A DNA stretch of 62,900 bases, filler included, from Octopus bimaculoides (Eukaryota): NCBI RefSeq assembly GCF_001194135.2. It is 3 parts of one record of this genome, joined end to end, with 100 filler letters (N's around TTAATTAATTAA, not from the genome) between each part and the next. Parts side by side here need not be neighbours in the genome. Positions count along the whole stretch, not along the records: positions 1 to 25,255 come from NC_068981.1; positions 25,356 to 54,642 come from NC_068981.1; 1 more part is not named here. One strand, 5' to 3'. Shown in pieces: positions 13,770-26,785 of this stretch; position 1 is the first letter of the stretch; each line of letters opens with the position of its first letter. The notes below the pieces were generated by a model, which was given only the letters and a program-made list of their open reading frames with translations, did not search any database and was not told the DNA's origin. Position numbers and translations under genes: made by a program.

Positions 13770-14560
13770 AAATACTGTATATATCAGGATGGTATTTGAA
13801 CTTTAAAAAATCACTCCAAAACTAGGAGTCGTCATATACACCCCATATAAAATCTGAACTTTAACTTCCTGTGGTTTAGAATACTACTAATGTCAATGGA
13901 AAACTGTGTAAAGCACTTACATAGATCCTATGTTTCTACAGCACAGTATTTTCTACTGATACTTGCACATATTGATACAGCACTCAGCTAGTCAAGGGCT
14001 ATAAGGACAAGTGTAGTTTATGATAACTAACCTATCTGTTATGACAGATTAGCAGCATGTGCTATTATCTTCTGTGACTGGCCAGTTCGTGTCAGTCAGA
14101 CTAATCATAATAAACCTTACGGTTATCAGTAACTTTTAAACATTTACAGACAGGGTTTCTTGAAATGGACCAAGTTATCACTCTCACTGGGTGAACAATA
14201 CTTTTCCAGCAACTGTAAAATCCCTTCATGGCTCCAAGTGATAAACAAAGGAATTATGAAGCTGATTTTAAGCAGAAAGTTGTAACATGTGCCAAGTCCT
14301 ACAACAATTGTGCTGCTGCAAGAGAATATGGTATAACTAAGAAGATGGTAAGAGTTTGGAGATTAAAAAAACACTTATCAAGGAGTATACCCAAGATAAA
14401 ATGTGCAATGAGAGGAGGCACTGCACACTGGCTGATTCAAGATAAGCATGTAGCTGACATGGCCCCTGAGCAGTGTCAAAATGGATACAATGTTTCAAGA
14501 CCAAGAGTCTCATGAAGCAATCAAAATTTACAAATTAAAGAAAATACTAGCAGTGTACTT
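13770..14560 (+). mobile_element. pogo/Tigger-family DNA transposon relic, N-terminal DNA-binding region
   Basis: ORF 14228-14515 RNYEADFKQKVVTCAKSYNNCAAAREYGITKKMVRVWR resembles the Brinker/psq-type HTH of pogo transposases, followed by a CENP-B-HTH-like remnant (HW...HVAD...EQCQNGYNVSR). No DDD domain. Confidence 0.75.
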
Positions 14561-14606
14561 TATAACATTTCTAATATATTACAATGTAATATTATATATA
14601 CCTTAA

Positions 14607-14815
14607 GGAGGTGAGCTGGCAGAATTGTTAGCATGCTAGGTGAAATGCTTAGCAGTATTTTGTCCGCTGCTACGTTCTGAGTTCAAATTCTACCAAGGTC
14701 AACTTTGCCTTTCATCCTTTCAGGGTCGATTAAATAAGTACCAGTTACACACTGGGGTTGATGTAATCGAGTTAACCACCTCCCCCAAGCTGCCCTTGTG
14801 ACAAAAATTTGAAAT
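14607..14815 (+). mobile_element. SINE family A, near full length, CpG-decayed
   Basis: Colinear with 32667-32880; the differences are mostly CG->TG/CA. Confidence 0.9.
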
Positions 14816-15358
14816 CAATATTATAAGTAAATCTGTAAATCCATTTTAAGTAAATGGTATTATTATGGTATACTTGACACTATGTTAGTTCCTGCAAAAT
14901 AACTGATGCTTAAGTGATGTCACTATGGTAGTGTTTACACCAGCCAGGTACATTTGATGTGCATTATAGTAGGTTATTTGGCCACTTTTTGAAAAGAACA
15001 GGATAAATTCTAAACAACCAAGAGTGCAGAATTGTTGCATACACAGTTTACTGATTCAAACATATTTAAAATGCTATTGAAATACAAGAAAAGCAGAGGC
15101 TTCAGGGGCTGAAGGGGAAGCTACAGCTCAGCTGACCCCTTTGGTTATGAACTCCATGTCTTCAGCAATCAAGCTACTCTCCATGAAAACTTGGGTTAGT
15201 CTTATATAGCAAGTATAGCTCAAAACTCACTTTTTAAATGGAAATCCTGGGTGTCATCATGTATACCCAGTCATATTATATGCCAGCATATACGGTTAAT
15301 GAATAGGTAAATTCAAACATTTTCTTTATTGTTCTCCATATCATATTTTATAAACTAA

Positions 15359-15750
15359 CTAGCTTGTTTTTCCCGGTTTCACTCGAGCAGTGCGGTGGAT
15401 TTGGTTAAAGGCTATTTCCTATGTATATTTTGAATAATAAAAAGAACTAAAAATATAAAAAAAATAAAAATTCCAAAAGCAAAAAAAAGTAAGAATAACC
15501 CCAAAACAATACGATGCTAAGGATTTTGCGGGTCGATATTGTAAAACTAACTTCACGTGTGTACCCATAGCCCCATGTAGTCACGGAACCTTATTTGTGG
15601 TATAACCTCGCCTTAAAAGAAAAATATATGGTAGTGCGGTTGTTGTATTGGCGACACAAGAATGTTAATCGAAACTGTTCAAGATCAATCATAGGTTGGA
15701 CGTTCATGTACACTGATTAGAATTGTGAATTTCAATTATTGAAAACGCGT
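15359..15750 (-). mobile_element. Helitron-like non-autonomous element, 3' end
   Basis: Minus strand ends ctcgagtgaaaccggg-aaaaacaag-CTAG|t (imperfect GC hairpin plus CTAG before T). CpG-rich; runs into a gap. Confidence 0.5.
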
Positions 15751-16404
15751 NNNNNNNNNNNNNNNNNNNNNNNNNNNNNNNNNNNNNNNNNNNNNNNNNN
15801 NNNNNNNNNNNNNNNNNNNNNNNNNNNNNNNNNNNNNNNNNNNNNNNNNNNNNNNNNNNNNNNNNNNNNNNNNNNNNNNNNNNNNNNNNNNNNNNNNNNN
15901 NNNNNNNNNNNNNNNNNNNNNNNNNNNNNNNNNNNNNNNNNNNNNNNNNNNNNNNNNNNNNNNNNNNNNNNNNNNNNNNNNNNNNNNNNNNNNNNNNNNN
16001 NNNNNNNNNNNNNNNNNNNNNNNNNNNNNNNNNNNNNNNNNNNNNNNNNNNNNNNNNNNNNNNNNNNNNNNNNNNNNNNNNNNNNNNNNNNNNNNNNNNN
16101 NNNNNNNNNNNNNNNNNNNNNNNNNNNNNNNNNNNNNNNNNNNNNNNNNNNNNNNNNNNNNNNNNNNNNNNNNNNNNNNNNNNNNNNNNNNNNNNNNNNN
16201 NNNNNNNNNNNNNNNNNNNNNNNNNNNNNNNNNNNNNNNNNNNNNNNNNNNNNNNNNNNNNNNNNNNNNNNNNNNNNNNNNNNNNNNNNNNNNNNNNNNN
16301 NNNNNNNNNNNNNNNNNNNNNNNNNNNNNNNNNNNNNNNNNNNNNNNNNNNNNNNNNNNNNNNNNNNNNNNNNNNNNNNNNNNNATATATATATATATAT
16401 ATAC

Positions 16405-16690
16405 TCAAGAAGGTAGACCCAGAAAGACATGGGATGAGGTGGTGAAGCATGACCTTCAAACACTGGGCTTCACAGAAGCAATAATAAGTAAATTGAAACT
16501 GCATCTGTGGCCAATTCCAGCGTTGCATGACTGGCCCATTTAAAAGTAACCTTGAAGCATCAGGCAATATGATGTGCTTGAGAAGACCTCTTGAGTCAAG
16601 TGAAACCAGAAATCGTAGTCGTGGCCAGTGTTGCCTGACTGACACTTGTCCTAGTGGCACATAATAAGCATCTGAGTATTTCAGCCCCAC
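16405..16690 (+). mobile_element. RTE-clade LINE 3' end or RTE-tailed repeat
   Basis: GRPRKTWDEVVKHDLQTLGFTEA, a typical RTE C-terminal motif. Confidence 0.65.
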
Positions 16691-16912
16691 ATTCATACTT
16701 TCTCATAGGTAATGCTTTCCCTGTATATATGTTCAACTGTTTTTCTTTTCCCAAATAAATTAAATTTTGTGTTTTGAGTCTTTGATGAAGTTGTAATGTG
16801 TCACTCAAACACTCAACCATGAGTCCACCATATCTTATAGCAGAAACAGCTGTAAGCTAATGCAGTTCACAGTATAATTGTTTATTCCTATGTCCTCTCC
16901 TTTTTCTTATAC

Positions 16913-17120
16913 GAAGAGGTGCTGAAAGTGCCTGGTTTTGGGTAAAAGAAAATACAGGAGGATAAGTTAATTACGATTCAACATAGTCTCTTCTCAGATT
17001 CACACACTTATTGCAGTAGTCCTTCAGTTTTTCTAAGCTCTGTAAAAGAATTTGGATGGTTGGGCCTCCAGCCAGGTGTTTCACGATCTCCCAAAGCCAG
17101 TAACTTTTCAACACTCTCTC
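16913..17120. mobile_element. Mariner-type MITE (~200 bp)
   Basis: Imperfect terminal inverted repeats gaggtgctgaaagtgcctggttttggg / cccaaagccagtaacttttcaacactctc. Confidence 0.65.
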
Positions 17121-17121
17121 A

Positions 17122-17162
<41 letters not shown>

Positions 17163-18907
17163 CTGAAAGATACACATGCATACCTGTTTATACATGATGG
17201 GTTTCTGCAAAGTTTTCATTTATCAAATTTCATTTTCAAGGCATTAGTCAACCTGCAGCTATTATAGAAAATGCTTGCTAAAGGCATCACTCTCTGAGAA
17301 TGAACCAAAAACGATGGAATTGTGAAGTAAACTTCCTAACCAAAGAGCCATGCTGAATTTGAAGTTGTAAAGATTTTAAAGCACTCAATTTAGCTTCATC
17401 ATTCCTGTAAATTGTACCTGTAAAATAATGAAACAAGCTGCAAGTATGATATGATGAAGTTGAATTGTACAGATATAAACAAATGTTATTTAAGAAAAAA
17501 ATATAAATACAAAGAGAAACAACTTGACATATTGAATGTATATTTTCTGAAATTAGTTACTATGAGAAACTCTTGAATCAAAAATAACCATCTCATTTAA
17601 TAGAAGATTTAATGTTGTAAAAGAATACTAAATTAGAAACATTGTTTTGATACACTTACAATTTAGCAGTCAAACAATAGTATGAATCCATATCAATATC
17701 TATTTCAGCATTGTAAGTGAGTATAGTGCTTGAAAGAGTAGCTACCTACATGACACTTGCTTAGGCAAAAATCATTAGAATATTGAATTTTGTAAAGTTG
17801 TCTACTAGATTTGTGAAGTTGTCCAACCTATAACTATAGTAATAAACAGCTGTAAAAGAGAAAAGAATCATATATTTAAACAATTGTAGGTGCTTGTGTA
17901 AGTGAAAAATTTAGAAATAACTATAGCAAATAATCTGGAAAGCCGGTAAATTTAAAGTTGTTATGGAGCCGTAGCTTAATGCCACAAGCCACAGTTATTG
18001 TTTGTTGTCAAGAAAGCATTCTTGATAAAAACTAGAAACAAATAATTATCTTCTTGATAAAGTGGAATAAAATATGAATAAAAAACAAAAAAGTAGTTCA
18101 ATGAGATACTTTGAGTTTCTCTTCTCATAAATTTTATATTGTTACTTGTAAATTTTCAATAATGTGTAGTGTTTGCCAAGTCAATATTTTCCAATTAGCC
18201 AGAACTGCAGAAATATAATATTATTCTAAGGAAAATTTTCTTAATTTAATATATTTCTGTCTTACACTAAGCTAGAAATTTTCATTATTTGGAAAAGAGA
18301 CAGTGATATTTATAAAACTAAATATCACTTTAGGTTTTTGTCATTATTAATTCAATACTGAACCTGAAAATAACTTTTTTTTACAAATTTTAAGCAGTTG
18401 AAACCTTTAGCAAATGAAATTTTAATGTTGGTAAGTTGGTATGTATTGAAAAATTTGAGTTTCTTAATTTCTTACATTCTTAAAAGTTAGTAAAAGAATA
18501 GCCATATTATAACATTAGCTTTAGTGCAGTGTTCTTTACATAAAAGTTCTGGAATATTTCTAAATGTGTAATTAGGAAAAATTATATCAAATACAGATGA
18601 AATAAAAAATTATTTGGAAAGTAAAATGTGTTTAATTGGTCTTAATTTGAAAGAGTAAAAACAAAACGAGCTACTACAAAGAAATCAAGTTCAATTTTTG
18701 TTTACTAGAAAAAAAACGTAACATCAATTAAAACTACTAGTAATAATTAATTCAGTGAAGCAAGATCTTTCAAGATATGTAGGTATGTAATCTATAATTC
18801 TGGGGCAGCTTCTATTCAATATTTTATTTGTGAAACTGATCCCAGCTTCCATTACTTTTCATAGGGAAATGTCACACTCTTTTCTATAATGTTTTAACAG
18901 CTTTAGT

Positions 18908-19070
18908 GAGGTGCAGGTGTGTCTATGTGGTTAAGAAGTTTGCTTCCCAACCATATGGTCTTGGGCTCAAACCTGCTACACAGCACTGTGGGCAAATGGC
19001 TTCAACTATAGCTTCTGACTGACCAAAGCCTTGCGAGGGGAAACTGAAAGAAACCTGTCGTGTGTGTGTG
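18908..19070 (+). mobile_element. tRNA-derived SINE family B
   Basis: gtggttaagaagtttgcttcccaacc...gggctcaaacc head, ...ggaaactgaaagaaacctgtc plus (TG)n tail. The same body occurs at 61570-61690. Confidence 0.75.
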
Positions 19071-19104
19071 TGTTTCTATGTGTATTTGTGCTGCTTCACA
19101 ACCA

Positions 19105-19250
19105 ATATTCTTTTCTACTCTGGGCACAAGGCCCGAAATTTTGGGAGAGGGGCCAGTCGATTAGATCAACCCCAGTACACAACTGGTACTAAATTTATCG
19201 ACCCTGAAAGGGTGACAGGGCAAGTCAATCTCTGCAGAATTTGTGAGAAA
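19105..19250 (-). mobile_element. SINE family A, 3' half
   Basis: Reverse complement of the family A body and tail (ccccagtac...ctggtact...tttatcgaccc). Confidence 0.8.
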
Positions 19251-21539
19251 AACATAGGCAGGAAAGTAATTCCATAGAGTTAGTATTCTGCAGACAAAGG
19301 TGTGGACATACCATAGAAACTCATGAAAATTGTGCACCTGCATAATTTATACAGACGATTTTCGGGATAAAAATTGTTTAAAAACTTTTACTCATGTAAA
19401 GTTCATACCCAAAAGTTTTCAGAATTGCCAATATGACCAGCTGGGGAAAAGGTTTTCAATTTGGTTGTATTTAGTATGATTTCACTTACTTATGATTAGA
19501 TTTTCATTAAATAAAATTAATTTCTGTTTAACAGGTATTACATTAAAAGCTATTAAATTACAAAGTGTTTGTGCTGTCTATATAAATAAATTTGGTTTTG
19601 CGGGACTGACACATGTCAGTCTATTTTACTCCCTTGGCATACCCACCTTCTCCTTCCTTACGAGACTGAGAATGGTAGTCTGCTTTAGCCACTCGGTATT
19701 CCCTCCTCCTCATTCAATGGTAGTGTTCCAATAATAAAAATAAATAAATGAAAAATATGACACTGACTGTGTGTGTGTTTGCGTGCATGTAACCGTATGA
19801 CACTGTGTTTAAGTGTGTTTGTGTGTGTATGCATAACATGAGATTGTGTGTGTACGTAACTGTATGAGACAGTGTGTGTTTGTGCATGTGTGTGCATGCA
19901 TGTACCTGTATGAGATTGTGTGTTTGTGTGTCTCCATGTAATCGGAAATAACCAAAGTATTATTTTACAAATTGTGAGCATGTATATATGATATAATGAA
20001 GGAAATTGTTGTATACAGTGCTCAGGTGCACTACAACTAAAAAAAGCCATCAGCTCTACTGTTAGCAGATTTCAAGAAGCATGGAGTATGTAGTGTCTTG
20101 ACAGCTAACAACTGATATGGGTAGTTTATTCCATATTTCATCAATTCTGAGCATGAAAAAATGTTTCCAAAGTCATGGATGCTGTGTTGTTTTTTGATTT
20201 TATAAGCATGTTTCTTTTATTTTTATAAGCATGTTTGTTATATGGAATTCAAAATGGTACCCAATGTTGTTGTTAGAAAGATGGTGGATAATCTTGTTTA
20301 ATATAAACTTTATTTTACATTTCTTGCCCACAAGAGATTATGTTCAATCTTTAGCATACTGCTGTATGTCATTTCAAACCACGATCACAGGAAAAGTTGT
20401 TGATAAGAATTACCAACAAAAACAAAGCTGATAAATATGCACAGATGCTGCAAATTAAGTTTAATTACCAATAAATATCAGCTTTGATGGCACTTCACTC
20501 AACCAAATAAATATGTAAAATATGGCCCAGACTGTGATTACCAGCATGAACGTCAGACTTCAAAAAGTAGTTAACCATTTAATGATTCTTGCAAATTTAT
20601 ACTGAAAAAGTAAGCATTATACTGTCAAGCATAAAAGTTAACTTCATTATATTTAAACCCATTAAATGAATCAACTTCCGGTACGAATGTTTACGTTTTG
20701 AATGTCTTTTCAACAAAAAAAATTCTAAAAAATTCTGGAAATGATCTACTCATGTAATTTACACACTCTCTAAAGTTTATCTTTATTTTTGTGAAAAAAA
20801 AAAGTGTGTAAACTATATGGGTTTTTATGGTAAGTGTTAGTGAAGTTCTTGAGAAAAGAGACACAGAATGGATGATGTAATGCATGTGTTATATGGACTT
20901 GAGAGGGGTTGGTATGCATCTAGTTAGTTCTGAGGGATAGATACTACTATAGTTGCAAAAATAAAGGAGCAAAAAGTAAGATACAGCTTTGTGATGAGTG
21001 AATTCTTAACAATCAGGCAAACAGTTTTGTTTTTGGATGTAATCCAAGATGTTTTTGTGTGCAGCAGCCCAGATATGAATTGCAGTACTTTATTGTGGGG
21101 TCGTACTTGTTCCATGTAGAGTGTCAAATATTCTTCAAGGCCGAAGTATTTTATTGCTCTGAAATGGAACATTAGTCTGTGAAATTACTGGTCCTGTGCC
21201 TGTGGCATGTGATAAGTACCGTTCGAGTGTAATCGTTGCCAAGACCTTCAACAGCAACAACTACTTTAACAGACGCATGAGTTGGTGGGTTGGCACTTGA
21301 GTGATGCCAAGGTGTCATCCACCAGGAGTAGGTAATCACTAACTGATGGTGGGTACAGTGACGTTCTGTTACAACACATGACCCCATACTACAACTACTA
21401 CTACTACTACTGTGCAAATATTTAACTAGAAAAGGAAAAAGCAAAATTACTTCCTTACGTTTGTTTATAATTAATATTTTGATTTTACAAGCTAATGAGG
21501 TAGCCCTAGCAAACGATGAAACCTTTTAAAAGGTACCTC

Positions 21540-21725
21540 AACCTTCTAGAAATAGCAGCCAATCTGCCCTCAAATTACATCTCTCTGTCTTGCAAAAGGA
21601 CAAAATACATTCAAAAAACTAGATGTACATATCTCTAAAAGGACAGGATGGTCATAACTGGAACTTCTTTTACAATAAGTTATGCCTCATAATGACTGAT
21701 CTGGAGGCTAAATAATGCCAACAAC
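21540..21725 (+). repeat. Dispersed repeat family E (ctagaaatagcagccaa...)
   Basis: Same motif recurs at 55770-55870 and 56050-56190. Confidence 0.55.
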
Positions 21726-24009
21726 AATAACATCTCTGGTATCTGTACGCTGATCAAATTATTTATAGATGACAACTGAAATAGAAAGTATTATGTGTTA
21801 ATAACAGTGAATTATTTAGAATAGAAAACAAGAAGTTTAATCAATATTTGAAACTTGAGTTTTTTGAATAGAATTTTAAACAATTGAAATATATCTATGT
21901 TAAAATTTAAAAAGAAAAAAGTTTTCTTTTTTCTTATCTAGCAAAATCATGAAAGTGGAATAATCTCTTAAATAGTTATAATTCATTGTTTAAATTTCTT
22001 CTGACCTTATTCAAGACACTTTTGTCATAATTACTTCTTTTATTTGATTTTTGCATCTAATTTATATTTAACAAAAATGGAACAAAACCAAAATATCTTT
22101 TTCACTAATTCTCATATATTTCTCTTCAAAAAGCAGTAGACAGCTCCAAAACAACAACTACAGACTAAATAACTTATACTGATTATTTTATATAACATAT
22201 GGCGACTATAACAAGTATTTTTCTTTGAATAATGACAACATATAAAAAATGTTTTCTTTTATTTGTTTTTATAGTTACAAATGACTGTTTTTATGTTTTT
22301 CTGTACTATTTTCAAGCTCTATAAAGTTATTTAAATGCCCCTAGCTTGAACACTTATTCTTTTTCAAAACAAAATTGATTTGTTGGTGAAATATACTCAA
22401 ACACAGAGGCATTCAGAGCAATAAAAACAAACTGATATCATATTTTTTCCATTCTTCTACACAATTTTTCCCTCCCCTCCGCCTCTTTGTGATTATTTTT
22501 TGCAGAAGTTCAGTTAGATTGCTAAAGGCTTTTTGTAGAGAAGTCATGTTTGTTCCATGAATCTTATGAGTTTTTCATGTTTAGTTGAAAACAACTGCAA
22601 CTATCAATGAAGTTTGATCAGCTTACCATCTAGTTGTTTTTTAAATTTCATTTCGTTTATATAGAATACTCTACATTTGTTTGTCTTTTTAGTTGGCCTT
22701 GAATTCTTAAATGCCAAGCTCTAAATCATATATGTACAATTGTTATGTAATAATAATTTGTAATATCGTCAGTTTGAATTGTACTATGGTGATTTTATCC
22801 ATTACAGTAGTTTACATCACCGTCTTGTAGGTCAAGATTTAATTACATTTCATGAATCTTGGGGAATAGGCTTTCGGCTATTGTCTCTGGTTGTTCAATC
22901 AATATCTTCTGAATAAAATTTGATAATCAGAAACTATACAGATGCTGTAGTTTCTATCCAGCCACCAATCCATTTGTCCATCTATCCATCCATCAACCCA
23001 CTCTCTTCCTTCCTTCCTTCCTTCTTTCTATCTCTAGCTAATATATGCCTAGGATAAAAACAAATACAACAATACTCTTTAAACAAGAATTCCTTTACAA
23101 ACTGTTTTTCCACACCAGATTACAGATGTTGCTTTTTCATTCTCGCAATCAGAAAAGCAGTGAATTAATGATTGGCCAAGTGGAATCAATAACACTATTG
23201 TTCAGGCATTATGATATGAAATTTAAACAAATAAATAAGACATTATGTCTTATTCTTTTCCAAGTGCATTTCCTGACATTTTTAACATATTTTAAATGAA
23301 ACACAGTGCATGACTAGTAAATTTGTATTTTTATCATTAAAGTAATAGTTTAGTATTAGTGAGTCAGTAAGTAATAAGACCTTTATATGAGCTAGCAAGG
23401 AAGCCTCTTGGTAATCACTTGACCTACTTGAAATTGACCCACAAAATTTTCCTCAAATACCACCTACTTCAAAAATTGCTAAATATTCAGTATAAAGTTA
23501 TACTGAATATAATATATCTGAAGAAAAGATAGAATGTTCACAGGTAGAATGCTGGTTAAACAATAATGTCTTAACACATGCAAATATCTCTCAAAGTATA
23601 AATTGGTGCAGGATGACCAATGCTACAATTCTACATGAATCAAGCACTGAAATCTCTGCATAGGTATGTGTCTTACGAAGTCTTCAAAATGCTCATGCCC
23701 TCCTTAACAATAACAGTCACAAATAATTCAGAAAAATACATGATTTTTAAAGGTGATGTAATATTAACACTAAACGAACAGCTATGACCAATGCAGGAAG
23801 TGTTTTCACTATCTCTTTCCCAATGTTACAGGTCTGTACAGTATACATTTAAGTATAAATGTTTTACTTAGAAAATTAAAATTTGAAATATGGCACTAGA
23901 TATGTAAAAATTCTGTAATACAATGTTTAACAGCATTAAAATACATTTATAGAATTAAAAGATTTTTTCATCTCTCACAACGTTTATTTAACAATAATTC
24001 AGGAATCAT

Positions 24010-24700
24010 TCTTACTACATGAACACCAAACACCCATCATTTCAATTTATACCCATACCTGTTCATTTATGTATCACCATTGAACTCATCATTCAACCCC
24101 CAGATTATGCCTGCCAGCTGCAGCACTAAAACACAGTCACACACAAAAAAAAACAACATAAATTTGAGGAAACTTCAATGTACTTCTCACCTGGTTTTTG
24201 TACAGTGCAAATAATAAAAGTGTGATATTACATAACCTGAACTCAACATCCTTTACATCCTAAGCAATTCACATCAACACACAAATACTTCACTAAGCCA
24301 ACTTCAACAACTCTTCCCTAGACATCACCTGTTTCACACACTTAGCTACCACAACTATCTGGCAAACAATTCCTTAACTTTTTTGGACTACCTTTTAATT
24401 ATCCTCACTGTAAATTCACACATAAATGAAGAAAGCAAAAACATTTTCTAAACTTCAAAAGAATGCAATGGAACAAGTACAGAAGGAAACAAGACGAAAG
24501 TTTTCAAAATTCAGCAACACCACAAGCACCAACATCAACTATGCAGCACATACAAACTAATTATAGGTGCATCTAAGAAATATATTATACAAAGCAGTAT
24601 AAAAGACACAATCTCAATTACACACCAGAAATAGCCAGCCTCGTAAAATCTTGACACAGTCTCATTCAATATACAAAATCACAAACAACTGAAATAATAC
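24010..24700 (+). mobile_element. Possible highly degenerate Penelope-like RT relic
   Basis: Strong A/C skew; fragments YMNTKHPS.Q (NxxHPxIxFT-like) and SLDIT (FLDIxI-like). Weak. Confidence 0.3.
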
Positions 24701-25039
24701 TTAGCTTCAAATAACAAAACAAGGAAATAACAAGAAAACAAAAAAGAAAAGTGAATAAAGCATAGAGAAACTGACAAACATTTGTATCCAACATAAATCA
24801 GAAAACTAGAAGTAAAACATTATATAGAGTAATTAACATCATCATCATCTTTAACATTATCAGCAGTAACAACAGTCACACTACACTCATGTCTCAATAA
24901 CATTTTCAAGCAATTTCTATGCTGCTAAAACTCCATCCCCAATTAGTAAAACTCAACAAAAGAAAGCTGTTGAGAAAACTGTTGAGAAAACTGAAAAAAC
25001 AAGGTGAGGAGTAATGATTTGTATAATGTGCGTCTTGGT

Positions 25040-25250
25040 TTTTATCTTTTACTTGTCTCAGCCATTTGGCTGTGGCCCACGCTGGGGTGCTTTGAAGCGG
25101 GTTTTTTTTTTATTTTTTTTTTTAGTTGAACCAGTTGATCCCAGTACTTATTCTATCAGTCCCTTTACTAAACTGTTATGGGGACGTAAACAAACCAACA
25201 TTAGTTCTCTGGCATTGGTGTAGTAATACAAAGACAAAAACGTAGGTGTG
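25040..25250 (+). mobile_element. SINE-like dispersed repeat (cagccatttggctgtggcccacgctgg...gacgtaaacaaacc)
   Basis: Recognised by eye as a SINE-like body ending in (TG)n; no second copy in this window. Confidence 0.45.
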
Positions 25251-25255
25251 TGTGT

Positions 25256-25355
25256 NNNNNNNNNNNNNNNNNNNNNNNNNNNNNNNNNNNNNNNNNNNNT
25301 TAATTAATTAANNNNNNNNNNNNNNNNNNNNNNNNNNNNNNNNNNNNNNNNNNNN
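25256..25355. other. Synthetic scaffold spacer: 44 N + TTAATTAATTAA + 44 N
   Basis: Exactly 100 bp, with an identical construct at 54643-54742. The 12-mer places TAA in all six frames. Confidence 0.9.
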
Positions 25356-25384
25356 ATATATATATATATATATATACATATATT

Positions 25385-26450
25385 GTTGAGGCAGTTACTC
25401 AACAACTCAAAGTGGTTTTAATATACCTTTGACTTTGCGAAAGCTTTTGATAGTGTGGATCATAGTATGATGTCCCACAAACTGCATGATCTCGGCATAG
25501 CTGGAAAACATGGAGAGTGGTTACATGAAATTTCTGAAAGATAGAATCCAGGCAGTGGTGGCCAATGGAGCCATCTCAAAGAACACACAAATGGTTAGTG
25601 TTGTTGGGGCCACCGCTTTCCATAGTGGCTCTCTTGAGATATACCCTCAGCTGCCCGGATAGCCACCCTTGCTAGCTACGTAGACGATACGAAAGTCTCG
25701 CAGAAAATATAAAACCCTAGCGATGTTGCACACCTGCAGCAGGAGTTGGACTCAGTTTACAGATGGACTGAGGACAATAATATGCAATTTAATGCTGGAG
25801 AATTCCAAGCCCTGCGATACCACTGGCCCACAGGGAATTACAATCCCAGAACCTAAATCAGTGCGTATCGATATGAGTGATGATACCTCTTTCTAAGTGT
25901 ACGTTTGAAAGATGGCGACAAAGTGCAGACGGCTGGCTCGATGAATCCTGAGAACTTTCAGAACCAGAGAGGAGGAAACCATGATGGTCCTCTGAAAGAC
26001 ATTCGTCTTCAGCCGCTTGGACTACTGCTCCCAGCTATGGTCACACTACAGTGTACAATTAACAGCGGACCTTGAAGCAATTCAGTGAAGCTTCACAAAG
26101 ATCATCTCATTGCAACAGCTCAGCTTGTGGAAAAGGCTGAAGACTCTACTCCCCTGGAACGAAGGCGAGGGAGTTATGCAGTAATATACATCTGGGAGAT
26201 CCTGGAAGGGATTTGCCAAATGTTGGCATTGAAAGCTACACAAATGCCAGAACGGGTCGTCACTGCACAGAGCCAAAGATCCCAGCAATGCCGTTGCGCT
26301 CCAAGACCAGTTACTGCAACAGCCTTGATTTCAGGGGCCCACAGCTTTTTAATATTCTCCGTAAGAGCCTGAAGGACCTACAGAAAGTGGATGTAGGTGC
26401 TTTCAAATCAAAACTGGATCTCTTCCTGTCAAGAGCCCCAGATGAACATA
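25385..26450 (+). mobile_element. CR1-clade LINE, RT region to 3' end, degenerate
   Basis: DFAKAFDSVDHSMMSHKLHDLGIAGK, SYVDDTKV, TPLERRRGSYAVIYIWEILEG, FKSKLDLFLSRAPDE. Frameshifted; CpG retained. Confidence 0.85.
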
Positions 26451-26785
26451 TATATNNNNNNNNNNNNNNNNNNNNNNNNNNNNNNNNNNNNNNNNNNNNN
26501 NNNNNNNNNNNNNNNNNNNNNNNNNNNNNNNNNNNNNNNNNNNNNNNNNNNNNNNNNNNNNNNNNNNNNNNNNNNNNNNNNNNNNNNNNNNNNNNNNNNN
26601 NNNNNNNNNNNNNNNNNNNNNNNNNNNNNNNNNNNNNNNNNNNNNNNNNNNNNNNNNNNNNNNNNNNNNNNNNNNNNNNNNNNNNNNNNNNNNNNNNNNN
26701 NNNNNNNNNNNNNNNNNNNNNNNNNNNNNNNNNNNNNNNNNNNNNNNNNNNNNNNNNNNNNNNNNNNNNNNNNNNNNNNNNNNNN

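Noticed and set aside
15745-15750. ACGCGT at a gap edge
   Set aside because: A single 6-mer; no evidence of an adapter.
19760-19930. Irregular ATGAGA/(TG)n/ATGTAAC tandem units
   Set aside because: Variable-length, microsatellite-derived units without unique spacers; not a CRISPR-like array.
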